This document shows, piece after piece, positions 49,691 to 62,764 of a stretch of 64,000 nt of DNA. The DNA comes from Xylographa opegraphella (Eukaryota): the NCBI GenBank assembly GCA_022813865.1, contig JALDZX010000042.1:1-64000 (forward strand), given 5' to 3'. The notes beneath the pieces were generated by a model. The model saw only the letters and a list, made by a program, of their open reading frames with translations, did not search any database and was not told where the DNA came from. Each line of letters opens with the position of its first letter. Positions within the stretch are counted from its first letter, which is position 1. A program made the translations under genes and the position numbers.

Positions 49691-51056
49691 TCAAAATGAT
49701 ACGGGGAATCCCAAGGTACAATGCTTACCAAGATGGTCACTTTCAAACGGATGTGCCAAGTACTTTTGAGTGCCCTCGGGATAGTGCTGACCCCCCGGAT
49801 GAAGCGGTTGTGTGTTCTAAGCAAGATCAGTCACGTCAACTACGACAAAATACAGTATAACAGCAACCGCTCTGAATAAAAATAATCTATTGCCTAAAAG
49901 AAACTGTTGAAGCGCCACTGACATCAATCATCTGGTCTCCCTCCACTCGCACCTCTTTGTCACGCAACTGCCGCATGAGTGCAAGAAATGAACTATTTTG
50001 GAACTTCTGGCTATGCTCATCTCTCAAATTATCCAGCAGCTGACCAGCGGTCCTCGCTAATTCGTCTGCTTCGCGGGTTGGATTGCGTTCTTCCTGGCGC
50101 TTTGATGCTTCCTCCAAGATAGCGTCTGATCCAATCTTGAGCTCCCGGGTTGGGTAGGAATCTGCAAAGTTCTCCGAGTCAGACTGATCTAAGAAAACTC
50201 TCTGATGCGCAATTATGGACTGAAGCAATTGCTCACTGAGGTCGTGGGAGTTTGTACCATCTCGTGGCTTCAATAGCGGATCATTCGCCCACCACTTCTT
50301 GAGATCTTCTTCTATTCCCAATGACTCTACTTGTTCATGTCCTATCATCACAGTGTCCCGCTCTGATTGTGCTTCAGTCTGCAAAACTTCCGTCCTCGCC
50401 ATTTCAAAAGCTTTTTCAAATGCAGTCTCATCGAATACATCTTCCAGCTGACCTGCCAGCTGCTCGTGCTGGGATATAGGAGACACGAAGTCGCCAGCTT
50501 CAGCGATGTTCGAAAAAGGTAGGTACTGTTCTTGTGGATGAAAGTTACTGCCACCGTACATCTGTGGGGTATCATGCAGTACGGTTAACTGTCGACTCTG
50601 CTGTTGTACGAACTCATGATGCCAGCCTCCCGGGGTGTGCCGTTGCAATGGGGCTTCATGCTTGAATTGAGACGGCGGGATGGGTGTGGATCTAGCATGA
50701 TTTAGATTGAGGCGCTGAAAATCGTTTACCCATCCAGGGAATTTCTGGCTCGATGAACCAGCTACTAAGCCTGGCTGCTGAAATCCGTACTGTTCTTGAA
50801 AGCCGCCACCGGGAAGGTGGCCTGCTTGGAACGCCTGAAACTCGGCATCAAGGTGACCCGCAGGAAGACGTGGAGCTGATCTGAATCCCTGCTATCCTTC
50901 GATGAGCAAGTCTTTGTAGAGCCACTACCCGTAGACGCATACCTGATCTGATGGCGGGCTGAAAACAGAGCGGTCCTGTTGTAGCGTGCGGTCGACGCTT
51001 GTATGCTTCTGGATATTCTGCAACGGGTTTGACGGTCCGCATAACGCCTCTGCCAT
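49691..51056 (-). CDS. PEX20: Peroxin 20 (PTS2 co-receptor); 3' end uncertain
   Basis: N-terminal MAEALCGPSNPLQ with the conserved Cys; WxxxF motifs WVNDF and WHHEF; Pex7-binding region KFQNSSFLALMRQLRDKEVRVEG; exon NTQPLHPGG. Confidence 0.85.
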
Positions 51057-51299
51057 GCTCACGTTTCGTAGGGATTCATCAAAGTACGGAACGTATCAGA
51101 GGACGATGATGCTAAGTAGTCGGGAAAGATACCGAATCGTCACAAGCATTGAATGAACCGAGGTTGGCCGCAATTTGCGGTATTGCTTACCCGGTGGCGG
51201 GACATTACCTTTCAGCCCTATCCAACCGGCCAAGTATGGTACCTGATATTCACGATAATTATCCAGAAAGCTCCATACAAGAGCAGACCTGCCTCAACC

Positions 51300-52624
51300 A
51301 TGGTATTCACTCTCCTCCGGTGTGTTGAACTTATCTGACTTCTCCCAGGCACAAGTTATCACGAACTCCGGTCACGAAGACATGATTGTACGTCCAGTCG
51401 CCATGCCATGTCAATTGAGCTCAATTGCGCCCCAACCCTCTGTACCAACCTGGAGCTATCAGTGCTGACTGAAAGGGTATAATAGCATGATGCGGTACTG
51501 GACTACTACGGCCGACGGTTAGCAACCTGTTCGTCAGATAAGACGATCAAAATCTTCGATATAGAAGGAGACACGCATAAATTGACCGAGACATTACGGG
51601 GGTCTGCTTCATTCACAGCTCCCATAGCATTGTTCTACCACTGAACCTCTCCAGGCACGATGGCGCCGTATGGTGCGTATCATGGGTACTTCTCTCCTCT
51701 GCCCTGTCTCTCCATCGCTATTCGTCTCTTACCCATGTTCCCACACTGCACCAAATCTATCTAACTCCAAACACCACCGCTAACTCAACCACAGGCACAC
51801 CCCAAATTCGGCCCTATCCTCGCCTCCTCTTCCTACGACGGCCGCGTCCTGATATGGCGCTCCACCCCCACCAACTCCTCCTCCAACTCCCCCTCCACAT
51901 TCCAAAAAGTCTTCGAATCGACCCTCCACACCGCATCCGTCAACCTGCTCGCATGGGCCCCCCACGAATGCGGCTGCCTACTCGCCTGCGCCTCCTCGGA
52001 CGGCTGCATCTCAGTCCTGGAGTTTCAAGACGGCAGCTGGAACCACGTCGTGCTCAAGGGCGCCCACGGGCTCGGCGTCAACAGCGTGAGCTGGGCACCC
52101 AGCGCGCGGCCCGGCAGCCTCGTCAGCGCGAGCCCCGAGAAAGGCGCCCTGCGGCGAATCGTCAGCGGAGGCAGCGACTGCCTAGTCAAGATCTGGGACT
52201 GGAAGTGAGCGCCCCCAACCCCATACCCAGCCCCAAAAGCAACCAACACCCAGCTAACCCGCTCCCCCCCTTTTTTCTTCCTCCCAGCCCTGAACACAAA
52301 ACCTACCACCTCAGCAACACCCTCACCGGCCACAGCGACTGGGTGCGCGACGTCTCCTGGTCGCCGACCATCCTCGCGAAATCCTACATCGCGTCCGCGG
52401 CGCAGGACAAGAGCGTGCGCATCTGGACCTCCAGCCCGACGTCCGACCCCTCCCACCCCGTCGAGTGGACCAGCACCGTCCTCGACTTCGACGCCGTCCT
52501 GTGGCGCGTCAGCTGGAGCCTCAGCGGCAACGTCCTCGCCGTCAGCGGCGCGGATAATAAGGTCAGTTTGTGGAAGGAGAATTTGGCCGGCGAGTGGGAT
52601 TGCGTTAAGTGGATCGAGGAGTGA
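51300..52624 (+). CDS. SEC13: COPII/nucleoporin WD40 protein Sec13
   Basis: [54 protein letters not shown] and [18 protein letters not shown]; five introns. Confidence 0.96.
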
Positions 52625-52979
52625 GTGGGCGTGGATGGCTGGGGATAGGTACGGCGGGCGAGGGGGGGGGGTGGGGGGATGGGGAAGGGGTAGTTGTCAT
52701 CTCCCTCCGGGGGCGCGAGGGCAGGAGGGGAAGGGGAGAAGCGTTTCCCATCCTACTATATCAACTACCCTAGAGAAAAAGTCTACTCGAAATACCAACA
52801 TTTTCCGCAACCCACTCGCTTTCTGCACCAACCCATACTCGTGGGCGCGTAGACTGGTCTTTTGTGAGCCACCCGTCCATGGCTGCCCGTCCGCTGCTTG
52901 GCTGAGGCGCGTTCTGTAGTCGATGTTCCGCAGCTGGCCTTCATCGTCTCCGCTCCCGGCTTGGGCTGGGAGTTGGGAT

Positions 52980-53047
52980 GGGTATGAGTAGGTAGGGTAT
53001 GAGTGAGTAGGGTATGAGTAGGTAGGGTATGAGTGAGTAGGTAGGGA
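52980..53047. repeat. ~4.5 x 15 bp tandem repeat (GGGTATGAGTRRGTA)
   Basis: gggtatgagtaggta-gggtatgagtgagta-gggtatgagtaggta-gggtatgagtgagta. Confidence 0.85.
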
Positions 53048-53441
53048 TATAGACGCTTGGCACTAGAGCCGGTCACAAGTGGTTTACGCACACACCACAC
53101 TCTCCGAGACGGATGCGAGAGCCGCACGTGAGAAGATATTGTATATTGCCCAGGACGAGAGGAATGAACAGAACGAGTGCAAGAGAGAGCGGGTATCGAG
53201 AGCTGGGTATTTGTGTAGGTGGGTAGGTAGGTGGGTAATAGTCTCCCGAAAGGCCCACAACGACGAGACCCCCGAGCTACATTCATTTCCGACTTCCCAC
53301 CCCTCCGCATCCCACCCGGGCCAGCGAGCCAGTTCGACGGCGAACTATGACCAACGACAATAGATTCTCCGCTAAACACTCCCACTGAACGCCGCCCGGA
53401 AGCGCGTCCGCCGCACACCGCGCACCCGCCCCATCCCGTTC

Positions 53442-55689
53442 TCACGGAACCCCCACCCTCACCCCCTCCTCCACTCCCCCCTCCCCATAATCCACATTCC
53501 AAAACAGAAACGGCCCCGTAGACGTCCTCTGCGCCAGATTACGAGGCCCTGGCGCAGGCAAGCCATCCAGTTCACCCGCAGGCGTCTCGCTAGGACACCA
53601 CCAACGGCCCTGCCGGAACGAAAAGAACAGACGCGATCAGCTCGCGGTATGCCTCTGGCGGACGACGGCCTCCGGGAGAGGGATGACACTTACGAGCATG
53701 ATATTCCCCCCGGGCAGGACAACGCCCTCGTAGGCCCAGTGCTCCACCTCGGCGCGCGCGAGGCCGTCCGGCCCGTGCATGGCGGCAAGGTGCTTCTCCA
53801 CAGCGGTGGGGGCGAGGGCTTCATCCGCGGGGGCGAACCATGCTATCATAGTGATGCGCTGGAAGCCCGGGACCGGGTGCACGTGCTGCGGGTCCTGGGC
53901 GGGCAGGGCGCTGACGTAGCCGGCGCAGAGGTGTTGGTCGGGGGTGTGGGCGAGGCCTTGGAACTGGTGGTAAGGTATCTCGGGCGCGGTGGCGTGTGCG
54001 GTTGGTTCTTGGTGGAGGGGGGTGTAGGTGTTGGCTTTGGAGGCGAGGTGGCGCTCGAAAGACGCCGGCCAGGGAGCCGGGCGGCGGGAGAAGTCTAGCT
54101 GAAGAGACAGGAAGCCGTCGTCGGTGTCTTCGACGTCTATCACGTCGCTGTAGATATCGCTGCTGCGGCGGGGGGGAGGGGGGAGGTTAGTACGGCTTCT
54201 GCGCAACTCGCGTGGATCGGTGGGGGGGAAGTACCCTGGGGTGTTGCCACGCAGGCGAGGGGCCGTTTGGTGGACGTTGTCGAGGTATGCTGTTGGTGGG
54301 GAGGGTGGTGCTTGTCAGTCGGAGATCTCGAGGTCGCTTTGCTGTGGGGGGAGCGGAGGGTAAGAAGGAGGGGAGGCTTACCCAAACATCCTTTCCAATG
54401 CGTACCGAGCTTTTGCGCGCCGGTCTTCACGGGGAAGTCCCACGCCCGGGGTTTCTCTTCGTCGGGCAGAGCTTGGAAGGGGGCGTGCAGCGAGTATTCG
54501 TCACGGTTGACGATGTGGTATTTGAAAAAGTTCACCTGGGCGGCATGTTAGCGAAGCGGAAGCACAGCACGAGAAAACGGTGCTCGAAGCCTGCGCCGAG
54601 CAGAGCCATACAATATGAAGCAAGTTGTCAAGATTGAGCTTCGACTTAAGCGGCCCGTCGGTGAATAGTGGGTAATCAAGGGGGTGGCCTAGCAAGGAAA
54701 ACATTTGTTCAGTAGCAATTTCGAGGTATTGAGCGTTTCATCGACTGACCGTAAACCGCTTTTTGAGAATACTCGAAGCAGTGAGGGACACTGGCATGCT
54801 CGTCCAGCGCCAGATGGGTGAGAACGAGACGATAGAGTTGAAGCTGCGGAAAGCTGAGTGACTCGTTGTTGGCGAAGCGCATGCTGTTGTCCAGGAAGCT
54901 GCTGTCCGCGATAACCTCAGCGAGGTGCTTGAGATTCTTGGAGACTCGTTGGCCGGTGTGAGAGGAGCGGTACGAAGACCCGACCGCGAAAGAATCTGAG
55001 ATGTCAGCAGGCCTGGCATATCAAGGAGCTGATGATAGAGTAGTTGTGGAGTGAGGATCTCATGACGCTCGCGAAAAACAGCCACTTCGTCGGTATCGGT
55101 AGCACATACCATCAATGAGCTCCCCTACGAACTCAATAATAGCACCCTCGTTGTTCTTAATAGCATCAATGCCTCCAACCACCTGGATCCGACGTTTCTT
55201 GAGCCTCTTGCGCATCCACTGGCGGCACTTGTATTCCAGGTGAAAGTTGACTCCAACACCCCAGATGGATGCCGGGATATCGTACGATTCCGCGAAGCGC
55301 TGAATCCAAATGCCAGATCTCGGATGGCTGATGGCTGCATGGGTCTGCTGGCAGGTAGCATCGAGATTGCAGAGATCTCGATCTCTCGGAAGGTAGAATG
55401 CCACACGATCGATTATCTATCGAGCTTAGCAACCCACAAAACTGCGGTCGACATGAGCAGTCGGCTTGCTTACTTCAGGTGGAAGAATGTTCAATGCTCG
55501 CTGATAATGATCCTCGGAGACTGATGGGCGTAAGCTGCGAACAGCAGAAACGGCTGCACGGGAAGCCGATGGAGCATTCAAACGATTGTTGAAATTAATC
55601 ATTTTGGGCAGCACGGCCGATCGATCTCTGGATTTGTTCATAGCGAACAGGCCTCGCGGGTGACTGTCTAAGGAAGTTGGGCGAGACAT
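53442..55689 (-). CDS. F-box domain protein (multi-exon; start uncertain)
   Basis: F-box-like LNILPPE|IIDRVAFYLPRDRDLCNL..TC; later exons NFFKYH, LGTHWKG, FQRITM, WAYEGVVLPGGNIML|GRWW and TGPFLFWNV. Confidence 0.8.
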
Positions 55690-55837
55690 GGCTTTCCAGT
55701 GCTTGAAAATGGGTTTGAAGACAAGTGTGGATGAGGAGGTTGATCTGATTGGAAAGTAGAAGATATCTTTGACATAGCATCAGACTTGTTAACGATGACT
55801 TTGTTATTGACTTGACAGAAAGATGACTGGGAGTTGA

Positions 55838-56352
55838 AATTAAATGACAGTGAATGACCATCAAGTACTCTACTTCTCCTCAACAGAGAAGTTTGTAATC
55901 AACAGAAAGTGAAGTCTCCCTCAAATTTCCGAACAGAGCGCCATCTCGCCACGACATCTTCGATATAGACCAGAGCTTGCAATGATAATTCTCTCATCAA
56001 CTTGACGAAAAAAATCACTAGAATTGAAATTCAAACAACAGTAAATAACCATCAAGTACGTCGACTTCTCATCAACAGAGAAGGCCATAATCAACAAAAA
56101 ATAAAAATTTTCTCAAATTTCCGACCAGAGCGCCATCTCGCCACGACATCTTTGATATAAACCAGAGCTTGCAATGAATACTCTCCCATCAACATANAAA
56201 AAAACAACTAGAAGCGTAATTCAAACAACAGCAAATAACCATCGAGTACTCTCCCTCTCACCAACAGAGAAGTTTATAAGGTAATCAACAGAAAGTGAAG
56301 TCTCGCTTGCGGTTCGGGGCAGAGCGTCATTCTCACTACGACATCTATGATA
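55838..56352. repeat. Three diverged direct repeats of ~190 bp
   Basis: Shared blocks ACCATCRAGTAC, CAACAGAGAAG, TAATCAACA, CAGAGCG and ACGACATCT recur with units starting ~55840, ~56030 and ~56220; ambiguous base N at 56197. Confidence 0.9.
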
Positions 56353-56761
56353 GCGGATAGTCGTCCGATAAAGGAACGGCATAACGCCAGGAAGCCAACC
56401 ACATCCCCCAGCCCCCTCACCAATCCCGATCCCAGAGCCCAACGAAACTGTCATTCATCCCCAAAGAACGACCCAAATATCCCGCCCCCCTTCCCGAGGC
56501 AAACCAAACCACAAAAACCAGCAGCCAGCTATGCGGATACGGAAGAATGCCCAGCAGGGAACAGGGGAAAGTGTTTGCAAAAGCATTACCTACGGTCAAT
56601 AGCGCCGCAACGTTTCTACTCAACGCAGGCACCAACATCTGAGAGGCAGGGACTATTACCCGACATTCAATAGGAATTCATCAGATAGATAAATGATAAT
56701 GAAGTATTTTTCTACATGAAACATGGATAATGCCATTGTTATTCTTCGCTAGATTTAAGCA

Positions 56762-58272
56762 TCAAGCTAGAAACAGAATAAACAGCCCAGCCAAGACACA
56801 AAACAGAGCTCCCGAAGCCGGAACCGCGAACCCATGCGCGCTCGACGGGGACGTTGTAGACGCCGGGGCAGATCCCGTCGAAGTGCTGTTGGGCGACCCT
56901 GTCGCGGACTGGTCCCGGACGACGACATAGATCTCGCCGGAAGCGTCCGAGGAGACGAACATGCGCCCTTGGCTGTCGAATGCAAGACTGACGGGCCTGA
57001 AACAGTTATCCGGGCATTTGGAATTATCCGCGTTGGCGAAGATGTCGGTGGTGGAGGTGTTGCTGGTCGATGGAGCGACGGGCGAGCCGTTCGCGAATTG
57101 GATCATGGATACCTTGTAGCCTACGGGCTGCGTGCGGTCCCACGAACCGTGGAAAGTGACCCAACCCTCCGTGCCACTGTTGTTGAACTTGATGTCGAGA
57201 GGTGCTTGGTGGGCTTGGAATGTCAAGCGAGCAGCAACGGTCTGGTCGGCGCAGTATGTATCGTTGATGGTGTTGTTCTCCGTACCCGCAGCGAAAGGGC
57301 TCCCCACGGTGAGGTTCGCATTATCGGGAATAGCTGAAGGGACCCAGGCGGAAAAGCAGTACGGGTATCCGAAGTTCCGCCCCTCATTCGCATATTCCGT
57401 GCCGTTCAGATACCCGAGGAAGTTCATTTCCTCGCCCGGATTGTCCTCATGCACATCTTGCCCATTACGAGTGAGCGAATCCACAGAGTTCTCGACGGTG
57501 TAGATACCTCCCGTGACTGGGTGCTCACCGACTCCGACGGAGTTGCGCAGACCCCAGCCCAGGCGCAGACCCTGGGTGTCGAAGTCGTACCCTCCAGAGG
57601 TCATGTTTGTCAGATTGAAGGCCTTGACCTCGCTATGGCCAGATGATAGAAGCTCAGCTTCCGGGTCAATGTTGGCTGTGCTTCCTCGGCTTATAACAAG
57701 GAGACCATCCACCGTCTTCGGGGCCAGGAGTGTACGAGTAGTGTGATCGGACGTCGTCATGTCACCCACAAGAGTAGTATTTGACTTCCCCACCGACATC
57801 GAAGCCGCGTCATACGGCCATGAGTAGGCAGCATCGGTGGTCGAGACATACACGGTTTTCCCATCGGCAGACAAAGCGAGACCATGGTTGAGCTAAATGC
57901 AGCACCGTCAGTCCTTCAGCTCGTGAAGAATGTAGTGGCCGCGGAGAAACTGACGCCTATGTTCTCAATGACCATTCGGCTTGACTTGACAGTCACGCAC
58001 GCCCCTCCATCATCTTGGAGCGCAAGACTCGTGAGGCCGACGCCCGACTCGACTACCAAAAGGTTGCCCTCCGTATCAAATTCGATTGATCGTGGGGCGG
58101 TCAGTCGAGTGGCAACCACGGCCATCCGGTAACCCGACGCCACTGAGGGCTGGATGGAGTGTGTTGGCGTCAGCATGGTGGAACATGCTGCTTCGGATGA
58201 TTGCCCAAGGATGACAGGCAATGAGGAGAGCAGCAGGAGAGCGACCGTGTCGAAGGACAGCGGAGACATCAT
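56762..58272 (-). CDS. Secreted quinoprotein glucose/sorbosone dehydrogenase (CAZy AA12-like), putative GPI anchor
   Basis: Signal peptide; PRSIEFD, LNHGLAL, HTTRTL, GWGLRNSVG, DNPGEEMN, FHGSWDR, CFRPV and SSDASGE; Ser/Thr stalk plus hydrophobic C-terminus; intron 57893-57954. Confidence 0.9.
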
Positions 58273-59210
58273 GGTGTACAGAGCGTCAGAAGATGTCTGG
58301 AATCGTTGTTAAAGAAAAGACAAGGGGAAGCAGTTGCGAAGTAGGTCGCATACGAAGAGGTAAAGGAAAAGGAGTTGATATTGAAAGTATAAAAGTAGGA
58401 AAGACGGTCATAAATGGGACCAATCATATGTGAATCAGGGGGGTGGGGACCGTTCGCCTCCTCCCCGCTCAAAAGCATGACGCTGCCCAAAGCGGTCGTT
58501 TTTGCCCTCGCCATTGATTTGACATTGAAATTTACCACCCGCTAAGCCGAATGAAGCGGCTATCGCCCGGCATTTCGGCAAACAGCACTCGTTTAACTTC
58601 CCACCAATGAGCTCTGGGGCCTTGGCATTGCCTCAATTCAGCCGTTGACAATATCCTTCGCATGAAAGCCAAGTAGTACCAAGGCGTCTCAGGGGTTTCG
58701 GTCTGGAGTGCCCTTTTATGTATAATTCCCTGGTGTTCATGGAGCGAGTCATCTGGGCGACAATAATGGCTTGCATATAACAATGGCGATTTATGGGGAA
58801 TGTTACATTTCAATTTCCACATTAATCGTGGGTACAGCACTACATTACGCGTGATATAAGATCCGGAGCTTTTTGTACTTTTCCGTGCGCCGACGACGAG
58901 CAGCCTCCATCGTCGCCTATCGACCGCTGCTGAGCTTTGCCTGTCCCGCTGCCAATGATGTATCCTTGCCCCGTTGAGCGTTTAGACAGTGCCATCCGGG
59001 GAGAAGACGGCCGCGCCATGAGATGACCTTCCTCATCCAAACAGAACCCATATTAAAATGAGAGACGCTTTCCATGCTATGCTGTTGGCCCGTCCCGCCG
59101 AACCCTAACCAACCCAGATGCGCGGGTATGTGTACACGAAGCGAAAATGTGACCAGAGGTAAGGAAATTAGCACCCGAGGACGCTCGATGCAAAGTGATG
59201 ACCATGTATT

Positions 59211-62200
59211 TTAGGCAACCGTCATTATCTTCATGTGTCCGTTGATATCGTTATCGTTGCCCGTCATCGAACCACCCAGGAAGCTGTTGTGGCTTGAGCT
59301 GTGGCCCATGCGCGGGCTCCTATTGGATGATGGTGAACTATGTGGCTGATGGAATATTTGACTGAAAAGTGGATCGGGCGGGTTGCTCGGCCGCCTGTCG
59401 GGGAGAGGGAAGGGATCGTGAGGGTTCTCTACCCTCCGGATGATCTCCTTGAGCGCGCGGGTGACCACCCCGGCCCGAGTGACGAGGTCACGTAGCGAGG
59501 TGGTGTCAAAGGGAAGTTTCTTTTGGGTAGATTTCGTTGTTGGCTCGAGGGGCGGATCGAGGGAGCTGCGCTGCTGGTGGATATGTTCCAGGACCGACTT
59601 CGCCTTAGCAACCGAATCCTTTCGATTCCGACCCTGAATTGGTGTGCCAAGGTTAGTTGGAGTCGGAGCACTCTGTGAAGGAACATGGCGAGGAGTGTTA
59701 CGATCCTGATATGTCGTGGGAGTCTCCGACACGTCAGAGAGATGGGACATTGGACGACGCTGGCTTGTGGGAGACTCGTCGTCGAAGCCATCGAACTCGA
59801 AGCTCGGTGAGCCTGGCGATCGAGGCATTTGGTAATCTTGCTCTTCTTCGTCAAGCGTTGCAAGATCAATGATTCCCTCGGCCTCCTTCCATAATTCCGA
59901 AGCCTGTCCCTGTATGATGCCATATTCACTGGCTTGATGACGGAGACTTCGGAGTTCTTCCACTAGCTGCGTCAACTCCTTCACCTGTCCGAATTGCCCA
60001 TGCACGCTAGCTTGTCGTTCCAATATAGCTCGAGGCACAAGCATGCCATGAGACTCGGCGGCAGTGGCTTTTCCCTCACGAGCTTCGCTTGGTCCGGCAA
60101 GGTTGACGGGTTCGTCGAACTCGAAGTCATTATCCCAGTCCTCGCTCACTCCCTTGTTCCCTAATATCCAAGCATCCAACTTAGCCGCGTTGTTGATCTT
60201 CCGATGGTTGTTGTTTTCCGGTGAGAGAGGAACGCTTTGACTCCGGAGATGCAATCCACTGGCACCTCGTCGGCCCGCCGAACGACTTCCACGCTCCGTG
60301 CTTTGCTTCCCATGGGCAGTCTTCGGTCTGGGTGAGAAACCTTGAAGGTCTCCGGAGTCAAGATGACTGCGCTCTGACCATTCGAATAGACTGGACTTCG
60401 GTCGCTCCCCAGAATCATTATGTTCGAGAGGTACGGAATTAAGATGTAAATCAGCGTAGTCGGGAGCCGGACCGGCTGCCGTCGACCATAGCTCATGATC
60501 TACTGAGCTTTCCTCTTTTTCGCTGTTGTTCCACGACGTAGACTCGTCTCCATCGAAGCCCCAAACTTCGTCAGCATGTGGGTTGTGGAGTCCTTGGTGA
60601 ACCTGGCCATCAAGTGCAGCATTTAGCGGTATGGGCGGTGAGGAGGCAAAGTCGGGCGGCGACGAAAGATGCGTCGGGTACCGAGATGGAGTGGGTAAGT
60701 TGTCTTCGTAAGATTGAGCCATATGGACAGGGGTACGAAGGCTCTCTTCTTCCTCCGCAATGAAATCCCTGAAAGGATTACTGTTGGAAAGTTTCTCCTG
60801 CAGAGCTGCCAGGTTTTGTTTGAGAAGTTCGGGGGGCGGGGGGTTCTCAAAAACACTCTCAATCCTGGCTCCCTTCACACCCGAGTGACTGCTGCCAGTG
60901 GCGCCCGTCCGCACCGAATCATACATAGTCTCACTCCGATAGTCCAACTCGTCACCGTCAATGGAGAAAATTCTGCTGTTATCATTATCGGAACTGATGA
61001 GGGTTGAAGCTCGATCGGATGGAGCGCCAGAGGGACGATGAGCTCGGGATCGGGGTGCGGTCTGAAGGTTGGAGTTGGGGAAGACGGCTAAGCTGGGACT
61101 TGTTTGAGAGGATGGCGACGAATTCCGTAGACGTCCCGGACTTGGAGGATGAGAAACAGTGGTTTCTAGGAGATCGATCTCGAAAGTAGATGAGCGATTT
61201 AATGGTGGAAGAGGAGAAGAAGGACTTCTGATCATGGGATCGTGTGGGCTTGACTGCAGCGTCGGCGAGGAAGCATGCTTTGAATGAAATAACGATGTGG
61301 AGGCATGATGCCGCGTGGCTGAGCCTGGCTGACCGGCGTGCGGTGGACTACGTCTCTCGAGCGCCTGAGGTGCAGATGTTGTTCTTCGACCCGATATTGA
61401 ACCCTCGGTTCCTTTTTTCCTTCTCAGCGAGCCGATCCGTGACATTTTCCATGCCGACGGAGACGGAGATGGCACACAATCACTAATGGCAAATGAGCTG
61501 CGAGGTTTGGGGTCCGATTCCTTTCCACCACCAAAGCGACTGGTACTGGACGACAGCGTTTGAGAGGAGTTCATCGGTCTCGGGGAGAGTGAACCTTCGG
61601 GTTGTACAGGGGTTGAAGGAAGTGGAGTCAGCTCATCCTTTGCAATTTCGACAATCGACGCTGCCTTCAATAGTACGGCTTTGTCTCCGGCTACAGGGAC
61701 AACACATTGGACATAACCATAACGATTGGTGGTTCGTGCTCCCACTGCCGGCTTCGCGGTGGCCTCTTTGGAGAAATCGGCCATTCGACGTCTGAAAAGT
61801 GGTTGGTAATGCTCTTCCACGACATCTGCTCCACGATCGGATGTGACAAGATCATCATCTTGGAACGACGGACGTGAGACATCATGTTGTAATGGCACTG
61901 GGTCCAGAAAGAGCTGCTCCCGAAGGTTGGCCGATCGTTGATGACTTGTTGCTGGCCTGCGTAGCGTCGCCTTCGAATAGCCTGTTTGATCGAAGCCGCT
62001 ATTATGCAGAATCCTTTGAGATGTAGCTCGCTTTACCAACTTGTTACGGGGCGTCACGGGCGCCGCGTTCGAGGGCATGATCGGCGTACTTGACGCATTG
62101 GAGAAGGAGAGCGACGGTGTCCCGGGCCTGGACGTAGACCACAGGCTTTCTGTGTGGAGGGACGACATTGTTGACATCCGTCTTAACCACGAGGACCTCA

Positions 62201-62764
62201 CCGTGCTTGCTCCAGCCTTTGTCCGCGGTGTTGAGACTGCCTGATTCCCAGACGGATCTTCTCTTCGATCAAACACCGAGACTCTCCAGTCCTCCCGATC
62301 GACCGAATCAACGCCACCAAGCCCGTCCTTTGCCCGCTGGGCAGTATTGGTCGGGAACGACGAGGATTGTGGACGACGTAGGACGTTGGGCTTTGAAAGG
62401 CGGGTTGTCGGTGCTGATACGGCCTGGCCGCTGTCCCCTGGTGTTGCGGGAGGAGCAAAGATTTGGCTGAAACGATCGCTAACTTTGTCCACCACCTGCC
62501 TCCTTCTCGAGCGAGGTCGGGACTCTGCGGTTGGGAGACGGCCGAACGCGAACCCGAGAGCAGCTACGCCGACAGTACTTGTTGCACATAACTAGTTGTA
62601 GAGAAAAACGGCGTGTTAGCGAGGAGAGACAGAGTGTTCAAGCGTCCAATGGTACATCATGTGATTCCAAACACCATTCAGGCTTCAGGATGTAGAAGGG
62701 GACATGCTTGGAAGGATCGGGTGAACGTCAGGGTCGGTGCACTCACCGTTGGTACTGCGTCCAT
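59211..62764 (-). CDS. Large, mostly disordered Ser/Pro/Arg-rich hypothetical protein (>1100 aa)
   Basis: 1094-codon ORF; upstream phase-0 exons inferred (MDAVPT|HVPF..|LCATS..); structured-looking blocks RNKLVKR, EDWDNDFEFD, VPRAILERQASVHGQFGQVKEL and KLPFDTTSLRDLV. Confidence 0.75.
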
